A DNA stretch of 64,000 nucleotides from Octopus vulgaris (GCA_951406725.2 OX597841.1:26660001-26724000); one strand, 5' to 3'. Shown: positions 1 to 12,856, counted from the stretch's first letter. Program-made: numbers and translations. The notes: generated from the sequence alone by a model not told the origin.

Positions 1-541
1 AATTGTCACCCATAATTATGACCTTAGTATCGATCTATTGCATTTCAATGTTTTAGGGTTAGGGGTGGGGGAAGGGTATCCTTTTTCTTCATAAAAGTAA
101 ATAAACCCAATCTGTTTCTTAAACGAGGGACATATTCATACGGCACATAATGTGTTTTTTTTACCTCAATAGACGTCAGTGATTGGTTGAAATTGCAGAA
201 ATTGAAGAAAAAAAAACAACGAATATCTTACAAACAATAGAATTTTCTCAATAAAGCCAAGAGAAAAAGATGTTTTATAAACGCATTCTACCAGTATACG
301 AAGTTTAAAAGTGTTTAGTTACTCTTTACTCTTCTACTTGTTTCAGTCATCTGACCGCGGTCATGTTGGAACACCGCCTTTAAATCGAGCAACTCGACTC
401 CGGGACTTATTCTTTTTGTAAGCCCAGTACTTATTCTATCGGTCTCTTTTGCCGAACCGCTAAGTAACGGGGACATAAACACACCAGCATCGGCTGTCAA
501 GCAATGCTAGGGGGACAGACACAGACACACAAACACACACA

Positions 542-615
<74 letters not shown>

Positions 616-824
616 TATATACGACGGGCTTCTTTCAGTTTCCGACTACCAAATCTAATCACAAGGCTTTGGTTGGCCCGAGGCTATAGTAGAAGGCACT
701 TGCCCAAGGTGCCACGCATGGGACTGAACCCGGAACCATGTGGCTGGTAAACTAGCTACTTACCACACAGCCACTCCTGCACCTATAAATTGTTAAAAAC
801 TGCCGTTCAAACCGAAAAGATCCC
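1..824. mobile_element. Right part of a probable non-autonomous DNA element (MITE-like), interrupted by a SINE at 320-783
   Basis: Non-microsatellite sequence 1-319 with an internal TTAGGGTTAGGGG resumes after the SINE and ends in AAAAACTGCCGTTCAAACCGAAAAGATCCC (795-824), which looks like a terminus. The partner end would lie outside the window, so the call is inference. Confidence 0.35.
320..783 (-). mobile_element. tRNA-derived CORE-like SINE, family A, full length
   Basis: Minus strand reads GGTGCAGGAGTGGCTGTGTGG (A box), GGTTCAGTCC (B box), CCTTGGGCAAGTG (CORE-like), internal (TA)n/(TG)n, then the 3' tail GACTGAAACAAGTAGAAGAGTAAAGAGTA. Matches many copies in the window. Confidence 0.9.
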
Positions 825-1156
825 TATCCCTGTGTATGTGTCTGTCTGTTTATGTGTAGGACACTATGTTAGTGCACGTGCACTTAATAACTAATATGGA
901 CTGTTTGCGGTAGATACGTATAACTGTATGTGTGTGTTTGGAATAATTTCTGCAGCCGAAACACATTTCTGTACAGGTTCACATAATCACGATAGTACGT
1001 GCATATAGACCTATATATATACTAACAAAAATAGACTTTGTGTCAGAGTGTATATATGCTTATACACACAATCATACATACATGTATTCTCAGATATTGC
1101 TTTGAATGCTCAAAAGATTATAGACAACGTCTCATTTCCGGTTTATCACATAAACA

Positions 1157-1750
<594 letters not shown>

Positions 1751-2049
1751 TTTGCATGTTATGTCCAGTGTGTGTGTATATGTGCGTAGAAATCTTTGTG
1801 TATTATAATCATGACAATGGATAAAAAAAAATCGAAACACTGAGATGAGATTTTGCGCCAATCAATCTCCGTACAGATTTAATCAAATCATCGAGGCACC
1901 ACATACACGTACACCAATGCGTGAGTATACAAACACATACACGTTTTACATACATGCATACATACATACATACATACATACATACATACATAAGCACCCT
2001 CACGTACACTCACACACACACACACATATATGTATATATAAATAAATCA

Positions 2050-2098
<49 letters not shown>

Positions 2099-2163
2099 CT
2101 ATTATGTTAAACTGTCGTATGTCCAAATTTGGCCAAATATGTATTTTTTCAAAATTTATTTTT

Positions 2164-2340
2164 GCTTGACGACCGGTGTTGGTGTGTTTATGTCTCTGCG
2201 ATTTAGCGTTTTGGCAAAAGAATAAGCGTCAGTCTTTAGCAAAAATAGGTTCTGGAGTCGATTCATTCGACTAAAAAAAAAAAATTCTTCAAAGAAGTGC
2301 TCTAGCATGGCCGCAGTCAAATGACTGAAACAAGTAAAGG
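2164..2340 (+). mobile_element. SINE family A, diverged 3' half
   Basis: GCTTGACGACCGGTGTTGGTGTGTTTA...GCATGGCCGCAGTCAAATGACTGAAACAAGTAAA matches the family A 3' region. Confidence 0.8.
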
Positions 2341-2774
2341 AATATCATGGTGTTACAGTTTCTTCTACGGACGTCTGATAATGGAAGAAAAAAATAGATT
2401 TGGGCGCAATGTTCGTGAAGGATTTTGAGTCTTTCACAACCACGAGGTTCCAACATTCAATCTAGCTTCATGGTATCTCGTGTGAAAGGTTTGTCCTATA
2501 GACTTTGGTCAATCCTCACCTTGGTAGTGCACAATCGGACGGGATACAAACGCAGTAGGTCCCTAATTCTTCATCAGTTGTCTACCAGTTGCTAATACAC
2601 AGTTTCGCACCTTTGGTAAGACTGTGGGCTTCCTATATTGGCGGTGCCAGCAAAAATGTTTTGCGGGGAATCCAGAGCCGAGAGCAAGTAAAACACAACA
2701 AAACAACATAGGACGGTGGACAAGGACGAACATTTGCCTGCCTGCCTGCCTGCCTGCCTGTCTGTCCGTCTGCC

Positions 2775-2813
<39 letters not shown>

Positions 2814-2884
2814 GTCTCTCTCTTTCTGTCTCTCTCTTTCTATCTCTAAATCTATTTCTATATCTCTCTCTATGTCTCTCTCTT

Positions 2885-2915
<31 letters not shown>

Positions 2916-2928
2916 AGCTATCCATCTA

Positions 2929-2968
<40 letters not shown>

Positions 2969-3022
2969 GATATATACACACACATATATATATATATGTA
3001 TGTGTGTGTATATATATATGTG

Positions 3023-3064
<42 letters not shown>

Positions 3065-3126
3065 TATGTATATAGATCGGTGGATATTTAAAACTCAAAT
3101 GTAATATGCATTATGTGTATGTATCT

Positions 3127-3157
<31 letters not shown>

Positions 3158-3349
3158 CACACACACACACACACAAACACACACTCACTCTCACATAAGA
3201 TATCTATGGATGCATCTTTTTCTGTGCTGTTGGCGGCGACGGCGTGTCGAGGTGATGAATAGCGACTTTTGATGAGAAAACAATGAGGAAAGCGAGGCGG
3301 TGGTGGTGGCGGTGGTGGTGGCGGTGGTGGAGGAGTAGTAGCTGGAGAT

Positions 3350-3394
<45 letters not shown>

Positions 3395-3590
3395 CGGGGG
3401 GAGGTATTTACTCTCAGACAAAAGAACTTTGGAACAACAATCAACTCCTCCTAACTGACCAAACATCATTTTGGCATCAACATAGTAAATATTAAAATCT
3501 CTGGTCATTTCTCTACGGCCATCCATACCTCTTAACCTTCCCCTTTTCTTTCTCACTCCTCCTCTGTCTTTCTTCCTCCTCCTCCTCCTC

Positions 3591-3632
<42 letters not shown>

Positions 3633-3779
3633 TATTATTCTCTATTTTTTCCTTTTGTTTTTTTTTCCTTCGTGCTTTCTTTCCTTTGGTTCGTTGTTTC
3701 TCTTTCCTTTCATTTCTCTCTTTTTCTTTCTTGCTTTCATTCTGTCTTCTCTTCCTTCTTATTCCTTTTTCATTCATTT

Positions 3780-4478
3780 CCCTCTCCTCTCTTTTCCCTC
3801 TCGTCTCTTCTCCCTCTCGTCTCTTTTCCCTCTCGTCTCTTTTCCCTCTCGTCTCTTTTCCCTCTCGTCTCTTTTCCCTCTCGTCTCTTTTCCCTCTCGT
3901 CTCTTCTCCCTCTCGTGTCTTCCCCCTCTCGTCTCTTCTCCCTCTCGTCTCTTCTCCTTCTCGTGTCTTCCCCCTCTCGTCTCTTCTCCCTCTCGTCTCT
4001 TTTCCCTCTGGTCTCTTCCCCCTCTCGTCTCTTCTCCTTCTCCTGTCTTCCCCTCTCGTCTCTTCTCCCTCTCGTCTCTTCTCCTTCTCGTCTCTTCTCC
4101 CTCTCGTCTCTTTTCCCTCTGGTCTCTTCCCCCTCTCGTCTCTTCTCCTTCTCGTGTCTTCCCCCTCTCGTCTCTTCTCCTTCTCGTGTCTTCCCCCTCT
4201 CGTCTCTTCCCCCTCTCGTCTCTCTTCCCCCTCTCGTCTCTCTTCCCCCTCTCGTCTCTCTTCCCCCTCTCGTCTCTTCCCCCTCTCGTCTCTCTTCCCT
4301 CTCTCGTCTCTCTTCCCCCTCTCGTCTCTTTTCCCTCTCGTCTCTCTTCTCCCTCTCGTCTCTTTTCCCTCTCGTCTCTTTTCCCTCTCGTCTCTTCTCC
4401 CTCTCCTCTCTTTTCCCTCTCGTCTCTTTTCTCTCTCGTCTCTTTTCCCTCTCGTCTCTTCTCCCTCTCGTCTCTTTC
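3780..4478. repeat. Polypyrimidine minisatellite, about 16-bp unit CTCTTTTCCCTCTCGT with variants
   Basis: Tandem unit visible. It explains the spurious ~300-aa ORFs on both strands. Confidence 0.95.
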
Positions 4479-4810
4479 CTTGCCTTATTCGGGAATGCCA
4501 AACGGCCACGTTGCTCAATTTTTCAAGTTACACCCTGCTTATTGCGTTCTTTCCCCAAACAACCCGGCTGGACTGACGGCTCTTGTTCGTTAACCCACAT
4601 GCCATACCCCCACGGCAGATGAAGAAAATTGGATTTCCTATCCAACCATCAACTCTTCTCAGAAACTGAGATGCGTCCTGTTACCTGTACGATTCAGGAG
4701 CACAAGCCCTGACTGTTTGGCCATGTTGTTAGATTTTCCGAGCTAGACACTGCTTACCGGGTTTTCTTCACAGAAGATCTGGCAAGGCTGGCGGCTCGTG
4801 TTGGTCCACC
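4478..4810 (+). pseudogene. Two degenerate RTE-clade LINE ORF2 C-terminal remnants
   Basis: Translations CLIRECQ..GHVAQFFKLHPAYCVLSPNNPAG and DFLSNHQLFSETEMRPVTCTIQEHKP*LFGHVVRFSELDTAYRVF resemble the RTE post-RT motif (..IRERQLRLFGHVAR..DPA.R). Further copies at about 6445-6600 and 7130-7240. Confidence 0.6.
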
Positions 4811-4814
4811 ATAT

Positions 4815-5184
4815 CTCTTTTTTACTCTTTTTACTTGTTTCAGTCATTTGAGCAAATCGACCCCGGGACTTATTCTTTGTAAGCCCAGTACTTATTCTAT
4901 GGGTCTCTTTTGCCAAACCGCTAAGTGACGGGGACGTAAACACACCAGCATCGGTTGTCAAGCAATGTTAGGGTGATAAACACAGACACACAAACACACA
5001 CACACACACACACACTTATATATATATACATATATACGACAGGCTTCTTTCAGTTTCCGTCTACCAAATCCACTCACAAGGCATTGGTCGGCCCGAGGCT
5101 ATAGTAGAAGACACTTGCCCAAGGTGCCACGCAGTGGGATTGAACCCGGAACCATGTGGTTGATTAGCAAGCTACTTACCACAC
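4815..5184 (-). mobile_element. SINE family A, split by a LINE insertion (last 15 bp of the head at 6412-6426)
   Basis: Sequence stops at ...GCTACTTACCACAC (5184) and continues as AGCCACTCCTGCGCC at 6412, exactly as in uninterrupted copies. Confidence 0.9.
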
Positions 5185-6411
5185 CATGCTTGACCAACTT
5201 ACTAGTAATGGAAGAATTAGTGACGCGCATCCTCGATGATAGTGATGCTGTTGACATCGTTTTATTGGACTTTGCCAAAGCTTTTGACTCGGTAAACCAC
5301 CGCCTACTACTTGTCAAGCTTCAAGCATATAGTTTCCATCCGGATATTGTACGATGGGTTGGTGCCTTCCTCTCAGATCGCTCCTTCCAAGTTCAAGTTA
5401 ATGGTTCGCGGTCCGACGTCTCCAGTGCGAGCAGTGGCGTGCCTCAAGGTTCAGTGCTTGGGCCCTTGTTGTTCTTAGTCTTCATAAATGACTTGCCCGA
5501 CGACCTCACGTAACACACCCTTCTATTTGCCGATGATATCAAACTGGTCGCTCCTCGCGGTAGTATAGAGGATCTTCGTCGATGCCTCCACCAAATTTGG
5601 AAGTGGTCTAACGATTGGGACCTGTGTCTGAACGTGTCAAAGTGCTGTCATCTGCCTGTCGGCTCTACTCCTGCAACTCAACTTGATTTCGAGCCGGGTC
5701 GTCTGCTGCTGGAGAGGACCGATCAGGTAAAGGACCTGGGTATCTTGGTGGATTCCTCCTTTTCGCTTTCGGCCCAGTGCGTCCATGCTGCCAACAAAGC
5801 GCGCGGAATTCTGTTTTTGATTCGACGGTCATTCGGAATGCTCACAGCAGCCATATTCCTGCCACTCTATGTCACGCTGGTGAGACCCATATGGGAGTAT
5901 GGGATTCAAGCCTCTTCTCCTTATCTCCTCAAAGACATACAGCACCTCGAAAGAGTCCAGAGGCTGGCTACCCGCATGGTTCATGGTCTCAAAAATTTGT
6001 CCTACGAAGAAAGGCTGAGGACGCTCGACCTTTGTTCTCTTGAAAAACGCCGCCGCCGTGGTGATCTCATTCTCGCCCACAACATCATAAGCGGGAAGTG
6101 TAACCTCTCGAAAGAGCTGTTCTTCACTCCTGCTCCGGAGCGTCGGCTGCGGGGTCATTCCGAAAAGCTCTACCTGCGACGATTTCATCTCAATCGAAGG
6201 AGAGGAGCTTTCTCCGTCCGGGTTGCGGATCCGTGGAACAAGCTGCCAGACGAGATGGTGAAGATGCCGACGACCGCTTCGTTCAAAGCCTCCCTGGACC
6301 TCAAGTGGCCTGAACTCTTTACATGAACACCACCCTGTACTTAACTCCATGTTCCCCTACATGGCCTTGCTATTTGCTTTTGAGCCAAATTAACTAACTA
6401 ACTAACTAACT
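5185..6411 (+). mobile_element. 5'-truncated CR1-type non-LTR retrotransposon (LINE) with (TAAC)n tail
   Basis: RT motifs CLTNLL, DFAKAFDSV, GVPQGSVLGPLLF, FADD, KDLGI, then CR1-like C-terminus LERVQRLATRM..LSYEERL..L..LEKRRRRGDLI. Short 3' UTR and (TAAC)5 tail at 6391-6411. Confidence 0.93.
5187..6326 (+). pseudogene. Reverse transcriptase ORF2 fragment of the CR1-type LINE, one in-frame stop at 5511-5513
   Basis: ORFs 5115-5513 and 5634-6326 are in the same frame, separated by a single TAA. FADD catalytic motif at 5526-5537. N-terminal endonuclease absent. Confidence 0.9.
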
Positions 6412-6444
6412 AGCCACTCCTGCGCCTATATGGCCATACATTTA

Positions 6445-6600
6445 ACTAACTTCTTCACTCAGAAACCTAGGTGTGTCCTCATTTCTGTATGGCTGTTTGG
6501 CCATATTGCTCGATTTTCTGAGTAAGATACTGCTTACCGTGTTCTCTTCGCAGAGGATTTGACTGGGTTGGCAGCTCGTGCTGGTCAGCCTCGTGGCCAT
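6445..6600 (+). pseudogene. Third degenerate RTE remnant copy
   Basis: CTCAGAAAC..CTGTTTGGCCATATTGCTCGATTTTCTGAG..ACTGCTTACCG aligns with 4655-4805. Confidence 0.55.
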
Positions 6601-7132
6601 GTAACTTCGGCCACATGACCATGTAACTTCAGCCACATGGCCATGTAACTTCAGCCACGTGGCCATGTAACTTCAGCCACATTACCATGTAACTTCAGCC
6701 ACGTGGCCATGTAACTTCAGCCATATGGCCATGTAACTTCAGCCACGTGGCCATGTAACTTCAGCCACGTGGCCTGTAACTTCAGTCACGTGGCCATGTA
6801 ACTTCAGCCACATGACCATGTAACTTCAGCCACATGGCCATGTAATTTCAGCCACATGGCGATGTAACTTCAGCCACATGGCGATGTAACTTCAGCCACG
6901 TGGCAATGTAACTTCAGCCACGTGGCCATGTAACTTCAGCCACATGACCATGTAACTTCAGCCACGTGGCCATATAACTTCAGCCACATGGCATGAAACT
7001 TCAGCCACATGACCATGTAACTTCAGCCACATGGCCATGTAACTTCAGCCACATGGCCATGTAATTTCAGCCACATGGCCATTTAGCTTCAGCCACGTGG
7101 CCATGTAACTTCAGCCACATGGCCATGTAATT
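6591..7132. repeat. 22-bp minisatellite GTAACTTCAGCCAC(G/A)TGGCCAT, about 24 copies
   Basis: Contiguous units with period 22 and no spacers. Confidence 0.95.
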
Positions 7133-7238
7133 TCTCCAATCAGAAACTACGGTGTGTCTTGTTTTCTGTGACTCAGGAGCCGAAGTTCAGACAATTTGGC
7201 CATGTTCTTCAATGTTCCGAGTTGGACACTGCTTACCG

Positions 7239-7409
7239 TGTGAGTAGATTTGGTAGTCGGAAACTGAAAGAAGCCCGTCGTGCGTAAATATATATATATG
7301 TGTGTGTGTGTGTGTGTCTGTGTGTATTTATGTTTGTTTGTGTCTGTGTTTGTCCCACCACGATCGCTTGACAACCGATGTTGGTGTGTTTACCTCCCCG
7401 TGACTTAGC
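7239..7409 (+). mobile_element. SINE family A, internal fragment
   Basis: TGTGAGTAGATTTGGTAGTCGGAAACTGAAAGAAGCCCGTCG...GCTTGACAACCGATG. Confidence 0.85.
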
Positions 7410-7432
7410 TCATCGTATATATATATATATGC

Positions 7433-7840
7433 GGGTGTCAAGCGATCGTGGTGGGACAAAAACAGACACAAACACACATAAGTACACACACACACACACA
7501 TTTACATACGACAGGCTTCTATCAGTTTCCGACTACCAAATCCACTCACAAGGCATTGGTCGGCCCGGGGCTATAGCAGAAGACACTTGCCCAAGATGCC
7601 ACGCAGTGGGACTGAACCCGGAACCATGTGGTTGGTTAGCAAGCTACTTACCACACAGCCACTCCTATATACATATATAAGACGGGATTCTTTCTGTTTC
7701 CGTCTACCAAATCCACTCACAAGGCTTTGGTCGGCCCGGGGCTATAGCAGAAGACACCTGCCGAAGATGCCACGCAGTGGGACTGAACCCGGAACCATGT
7801 GGTTGGTTAGCAAGCTACTTACCACACAGCCACTCCTGCT

Positions 7841-7873
<33 letters not shown>

Positions 7874-8023
7874 CAGGCTTCTTTTCAGTTTCCGTCTACC
7901 AAATCCACTCACAAGGCATTGGTCGGCCCGGGGCTATAGCAGAAGACACCTGCCGAAGATGCCACGCAGTGGGACTGAACCCGGAACCATGTGGTTGATT
8001 AGCAAGCTACTTACCACACAGCC
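7433..8023 (-). mobile_element. SINE family A with three tandem head modules (about 7510-7666, 7681-7839, 7872-8023)
   Basis: Three consecutive ~155-bp tRNA+CORE heads separated by short (TA)n. Confidence 0.9.
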
Positions 8024-8043
8024 ATATAGGAACACACACAAAA

Positions 8044-8129
<86 letters not shown>

Positions 8130-8196
8130 CGGGAAGCTTTATGAAAATAGACAAAAGACGAAGGCAGGTGGAAAACAAACAAACAATTGTATTAAT
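8130..8196 (-). mobile_element. Short terminal fragment of the hammerhead-associated (Penelope-like) module
   Basis: Reverse complement TAATACAATTGTTTGTTTGTTTTCCACCTGCCTTCGTCTTTTGT aligns with 16081-16125, downstream of the hammerhead. Flanked by (TA)n on both sides. Confidence 0.55.
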
Positions 8197-8218
8197 ATAT
8201 ATACATATATATATATAT

Positions 8219-8270
<52 letters not shown>

Positions 8271-8272
<2 letters not shown>

Positions 8273-8428
8273 CAAGCTTCTTTCAGTTTCCGTCTACCAA
8301 ATCCACTCACAAAGCATTGGTCGGCCCGGAGCAATAGCAGAAAACACTTGCCCGAGATGCCACGCAGTGGGACTGAACCCGGAACCATGTGGTTGGTTAG
8401 CAAGCTACTTACCACACAGCCACCATTC
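8271..8428 (-). mobile_element. SINE family A, head only
   Basis: Matches the family head. Confidence 0.85.
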
Positions 8429-8769
8429 CTACAACAACGTTAACAACAACAAAAGCAACAACAACAACAACAACAACAACAAAACCTAAGCAACAACAAG
8501 TGTGTTTTTCGTTAATCCGTGTGAAGGTCATTGATGTTAGAGAGATTTAAGGGGGTGGGGATTGACAAATCTGTTTATTAACGACTCGGATTTGTACTGG
8601 GGTTAGTGCTGTGGTGGTTGTGGTGGGGGGTGCCAGTAGTTGCTGGCGCGTGGTGTTGAGGAAAATGATGGCGGCGGTGATGGCGATGGCGATGGTATTC
8701 AAAGGTGGTGGTGGTTGCGGTGGTAATACAGAGTAAGCGTGGTTGTTGGTGGTTACTGGTAGAGGTGGA

Positions 8770-9665
8770 GGTGGTGGTGTTGGTAGTTGTAGTGGGTGGT
8801 GGCGGTAGTACTGATAATATTGAAAGGTGGTGGTTGTAGTTGTGGTGGTTGTAATAGTAGTTGTGGCGGTGGTGGTGATGGCAGTTGTGTTATTGGTGGT
8901 GGTGGTAGTTGTAGTGAGTGGTGGCGGTAGTCCTGATAATATTGAAAGGTGGTGGTGGTGGTAGTAGTTGTGGTGGTTGTAATAGTAGTTGTGGTGTTGG
9001 TGGTAGTTGTGGTGGTGGTGGTGGTAGTTATGGTGATGGTGGTGGTGGTGATGGCAATTGTGTTATTGGTGGTGGTGTTGATAGTTGTGGTGGTAGAAAT
9101 GGTTGTTTTGGTGGTTGTAGTGAGTGGTGGCTGTAGTCCTGATAATATTGAAAGGTGGTGGTGGTAGTTGTAGTGGTTGTAATAGTAGTCGTGGTGTTGG
9201 TGGTAGTTGTGGTGTTGGTGGTGGTGGTAGTTGTGGTGGTGGTAGTAGTGGTGATGGTGATGGTGGTGGTGATGGCAGTTGTGTTATTGGTGGTGGTGTT
9301 GATAGTTGTGGTGGTAGAAATGGTAGTTTTGGTGGTTGTAGTGAGTGGTGGCTGTAGTCCTGATAATATTGAAAGGTGGTGGTGGTAGTTGTGGTGGTTG
9401 TAATAGTAGTTGTGGTGTTGGTGGTAGTTGTGGTAGTGGTGGTGTTGATAGTTGTGGTGGTGGAAATGGTAGTTTTGGTGGTTGTAGTGAGTGGTGGCTG
9501 TAGTCCTGATAATATTGAAAGGTGGTGGTGGTAGTTGTGGTAGTTGTAATAGTAGTTGTGGTGTTGGTGGTAGTTGTGGTAGTGGTGTTGATAGTTGTGG
9601 TGGTGGAAATTGTAGTTTTGGTGGTTGTAGTGAGTGGCGGCGGTAGTCCTGATAATATTGATAGT
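8770..9665. repeat. (GGT/AGT)n region with higher-order repeat
   Basis: Anchor GTCCTGATAATATTGA recurs about six times (near 8808, 8930, 9136, 9357, 9503, 9646) with variable triplet spacers. Confidence 0.85.
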
Positions 9666-10292
9666 TGAAGGTACTTGTAGTGTGAGTGGCAGTTGGGGTA
9701 GTACATGTAGTAGTATTGATAGATAGTAATAGTGTTGATAGTTGGTTTGGTGGTAGTTATCCTGGTAGAGAGGTGGGGTTAGTAGTAGTAGTAGTAGTTG
9801 TGGGTGGTGGAGAAAATCAATAGCAGAGCTTGTAGCGGTGGTAGTATTGTTATGGTGGTAGTACAGAGTGTTAGTGGCGGTGGTGGTAGTGCCGAGACGT
9901 GATGGTTGTGTTGGTGATAGCATTGTAGTGGTGGGCATGTCAGAGAAATTAGCGGTGATAGTGGTGGTGACTGTAAGTGTACTAAGAGGTGGTGGCGATT
10001 GTGGGTATGTCAGAGAAATTAGCGGTGGTATAGGTGGCTGTAGGTGTACGAAGTGGTGGTCGCGATTGTGGCGGCGGTGCTAGTTGTGAAAGTAGTTGTG
10101 GTTAAAGTTGGAGAGGGTAGCAAAGCAAGAAATGGTAGTGACGGGAACAGGGCCGGGTTTATGTAGGAGTCATATAGGTCAAGGGCTTGTAAGACCCCCA
10201 ATGTTTGGAGTATCCCATACACTGGGGGACGCCCACCCTTTATCTCCGAGAAACCCAAGGCTTGGAATAAAAATTTTAAAAATATATTTATA

Positions 10293-10680
10293 GCAGGTGT
10301 GGTCGTATGGTAAGAAGTTTGCTTCCCAACCACATGGTTCTGGGTTCAGTTCCACTGCGTGGCATCTTGAGTATGTATATATCTACTATTACAGACCCGG
10401 GCCAACCAAAGCCTTGTGAGTGGATTCGGTAGGCGGAAACTGAAAGAAGTCCATCGTGTGTGTATGTATGTGTATATAAGAGTGCATGTATGATGTCTTT
10501 GTGTCATTTTGTGCCCCACCACTGCTTGATATCTGGTGCTGGTGTGTAACCTAGCGTTTCGGCCAAATAGATCGATAAAGTATCAGGCTTCGAGAAACAA
10601 AAACGAAAAAAAGGTTAAGAATCTTTCAAGACGGTGCTCCAGCATGGTCGCGATCAAATGACTGGAACAAGTAAAAGAAT
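10293..10680 (+). mobile_element. SINE family A, diverged, near full length
   Basis: Head GCAGGTGTGGTCGTATGGTAAG..GGTTCAGTTCCACTGCGTGGC through tail AAATGACTGGAACAAGTAAAAGAAT. Confidence 0.85.
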
Positions 10681-10879
10681 GAGTTAGAAATTTGGGGTTC
10701 GTGTCACGGCCCCGCATTTTTTTTTTTTTTTTCGTGTGCTCATGCCCCCTTTACTTTAGAACCTGTCTCCGTCCCTGCATTGGGGTTGATGTAAGCGACA
10801 AGCACCCTCACCTTCCCTGAAAATTTCGGGCCTTGTGCCATTATAATTATTTCAAAGTTTTGCCATAAGGGCAGCTTGG

Positions 10880-11050
10880 GGCAGGCGGGTGATGAGTCGA
10901 TTACATCGACCCCAGCGTTCAACTGGTACTTATTTTATCGACCCCGAAAAGATGAAAGGCAAGGTCGACCTCGGCGAAATTTGAACTCAGGACGTAGCGA
11001 CAGACGAAATGCCGTCCAGTGCGCTAACGCCTCTGCCAGCACGCCACCTT
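10880..11050 (-). mobile_element. SINE family B, diverged
   Basis: TCGATTACATCGACCCCAG..ACTGGTACTTATTTTATCGACCCCGAAAAGATGAAAGGC..GCTAACGCCTCTGCCAGC matches 16621-16790 in reverse. Confidence 0.8.
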
Positions 11051-11346
11051 CTTGTGCCTTTATAATAGAAAGAAAATTCTTGAGTGCCCTTCGTTTTATT
11101 GCGCCCTTTCATATTTAAAAAAGGGCCATAAACTTAACCGAGACCCTTTGAATGTACCGAAGGCCTTTTAAAGTTTTGGAGCCTCTTCAGACTGTCTGGA
11201 GCCCCTAGGTATCATGGAGTTTGCTTTATCTTATGTCCTGAATAAGGAAAAACCGTCAGGATACCCAAAACCTAATGGTCTAAAGAATAGCAGCGGAATC
11301 TCCCTCAAATCACACCCTTCTGTTATAAGTATGAATATTCTTTGAT

Positions 11347-11555
11347 TCTTTATATTTGTTTCTGTCATTTGACTGCGGCCATGCTGAAGCACCACCTTTA
11401 AATGGTTTTAGTTGAGCAAATCGATCCCAGGGCTTATTGTTTGTAAGCCTAGTACATATTCTATCTGGATCTTTTGCCGAACCGCTAGGTCACAGGGACA
11501 TAAACACACCAGCATCAGTCGTCAAGTGATGATGTGTGTAAGGGGAACAAACACA
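11347..11555 (-). mobile_element. SINE family A, 3' half
   Basis: GTCATTTGACTGCGGCCATGCTG..TTTTGCCGAACCGCTAG..AAACACACCAGCATC. Confidence 0.8.
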
Positions 11556-11651
11556 GGTACAAAAGCCCAACATTGTAGCTAGACTTGCTAGAAATAGTAG
11601 CTAAATCTCACTCAAATCACAGCTCGAAAACCGGCCCTCTATATCTATCTA

Positions 11652-11785
<134 letters not shown>

Positions 11786-11831
11786 CATCTATCTATCCGT
11801 TTGTACATATATATATATATATATATATATA

Positions 11832-12071
11832 GGGCAATATATATGGTGTTGTAGGGGAATTCGCTGAGTTGGCACAATGACTTTCTCACCTGTCCGCCCC
11901 TTTAATCACCCAAATCCTCTTGTGTCACACCTGGTTCAATTTAGTACAACGTGTATATTTACACGCACACGTACACAGGTATGCAGTACTTTGCAGGTTA
12001 AAGGATGACCAAAGGGCAGCGGTCACGTCAGTGCGGCGCACACATACACACATGCACATTTACTAGTACGT

Positions 12072-12102
<31 letters not shown>

Positions 12103-12106
12103 TATA

Positions 12107-12160
<54 letters not shown>

Positions 12161-12475
12161 TAAATACATACATATAGACGCATATATTTATCCACTTTTA
12201 TATATATATATATGTACGGGTACCCATATATATGCGCGTATGCATATATTCAGATATATGTATATACATATGTATGTATTAATGTATGTATGTATGTATA
12301 TATATACGTATATATATATGTGTGTGTGTGTGTGTATGTATATATATGTGTGTGTATGTATATATATATATGCGTGTGTGTTTGTTTATATATGCGTGTG
12401 TGTATGTTTATATATGTGTGTGTGTATATATATATAGCGTGTGTATGTATATATATATAGTGTGTGTATATGTAG

Positions 12476-12518
<43 letters not shown>

Positions 12519-12655
12519 GTATACATTACATGCATGTACATACATATATATATATGTTTATACATGTCCATATGTGTGTTCCCTTATGTTTGTGTGTGGG
12601 CCGCACTGGCTTGACTTCTGCCCTTTGGTCTTCGTTTCCCTTGATAAGCATTGTA

Positions 12656-12716
<61 letters not shown>

Positions 12717-12856
12717 GTACTAAAGTGAACCAGGTGTGACACAAGAGGATTTGGGTGATTAAAGGGGCGGAGAGGTGAGAAAGTCATTGTGCCAACTCAG
12801 CGAATTCCCCTTCAACACCGTCGCATTATATATATATATATATATATTTATTGCCC
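11832..12856. mobile_element. Foldback/MITE-like element with long modular terminal inverted repeats
   Basis: Termini GGGCAATA / TATTGCCC flanked by TA. 11845-11954 is the reverse complement of 12711-12819 with about three mismatches, and 12001-12048 is inverted to 12591-12640. Interior is microsatellite. Confidence 0.75.

Noticed and set aside
53-66. TTAGGG telomere-like repeat
   Set aside because: Only two units, internal to a probable transposon-derived sequence.
3553-4622. Several ORFs of 240-320 aa on both strands
   Set aside because: Translations of a stop-free 16-bp pyrimidine minisatellite.
5115-5184. N-terminus MPKVPRSGIEPGTMWL of the RT ORF
   Set aside because: Antisense SINE head fused in frame by chance. 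The same peptide appears at every SINE-A copy.
5829-6350. 173-aa minus-strand ORF
   Set aside because: Antisense shadow of the LINE RT ORF.
6591-7132. CRISPR-like regular array
   Set aside because: Units are contiguous with no unique spacers, there are no cas genes, and the context is eukaryotic.
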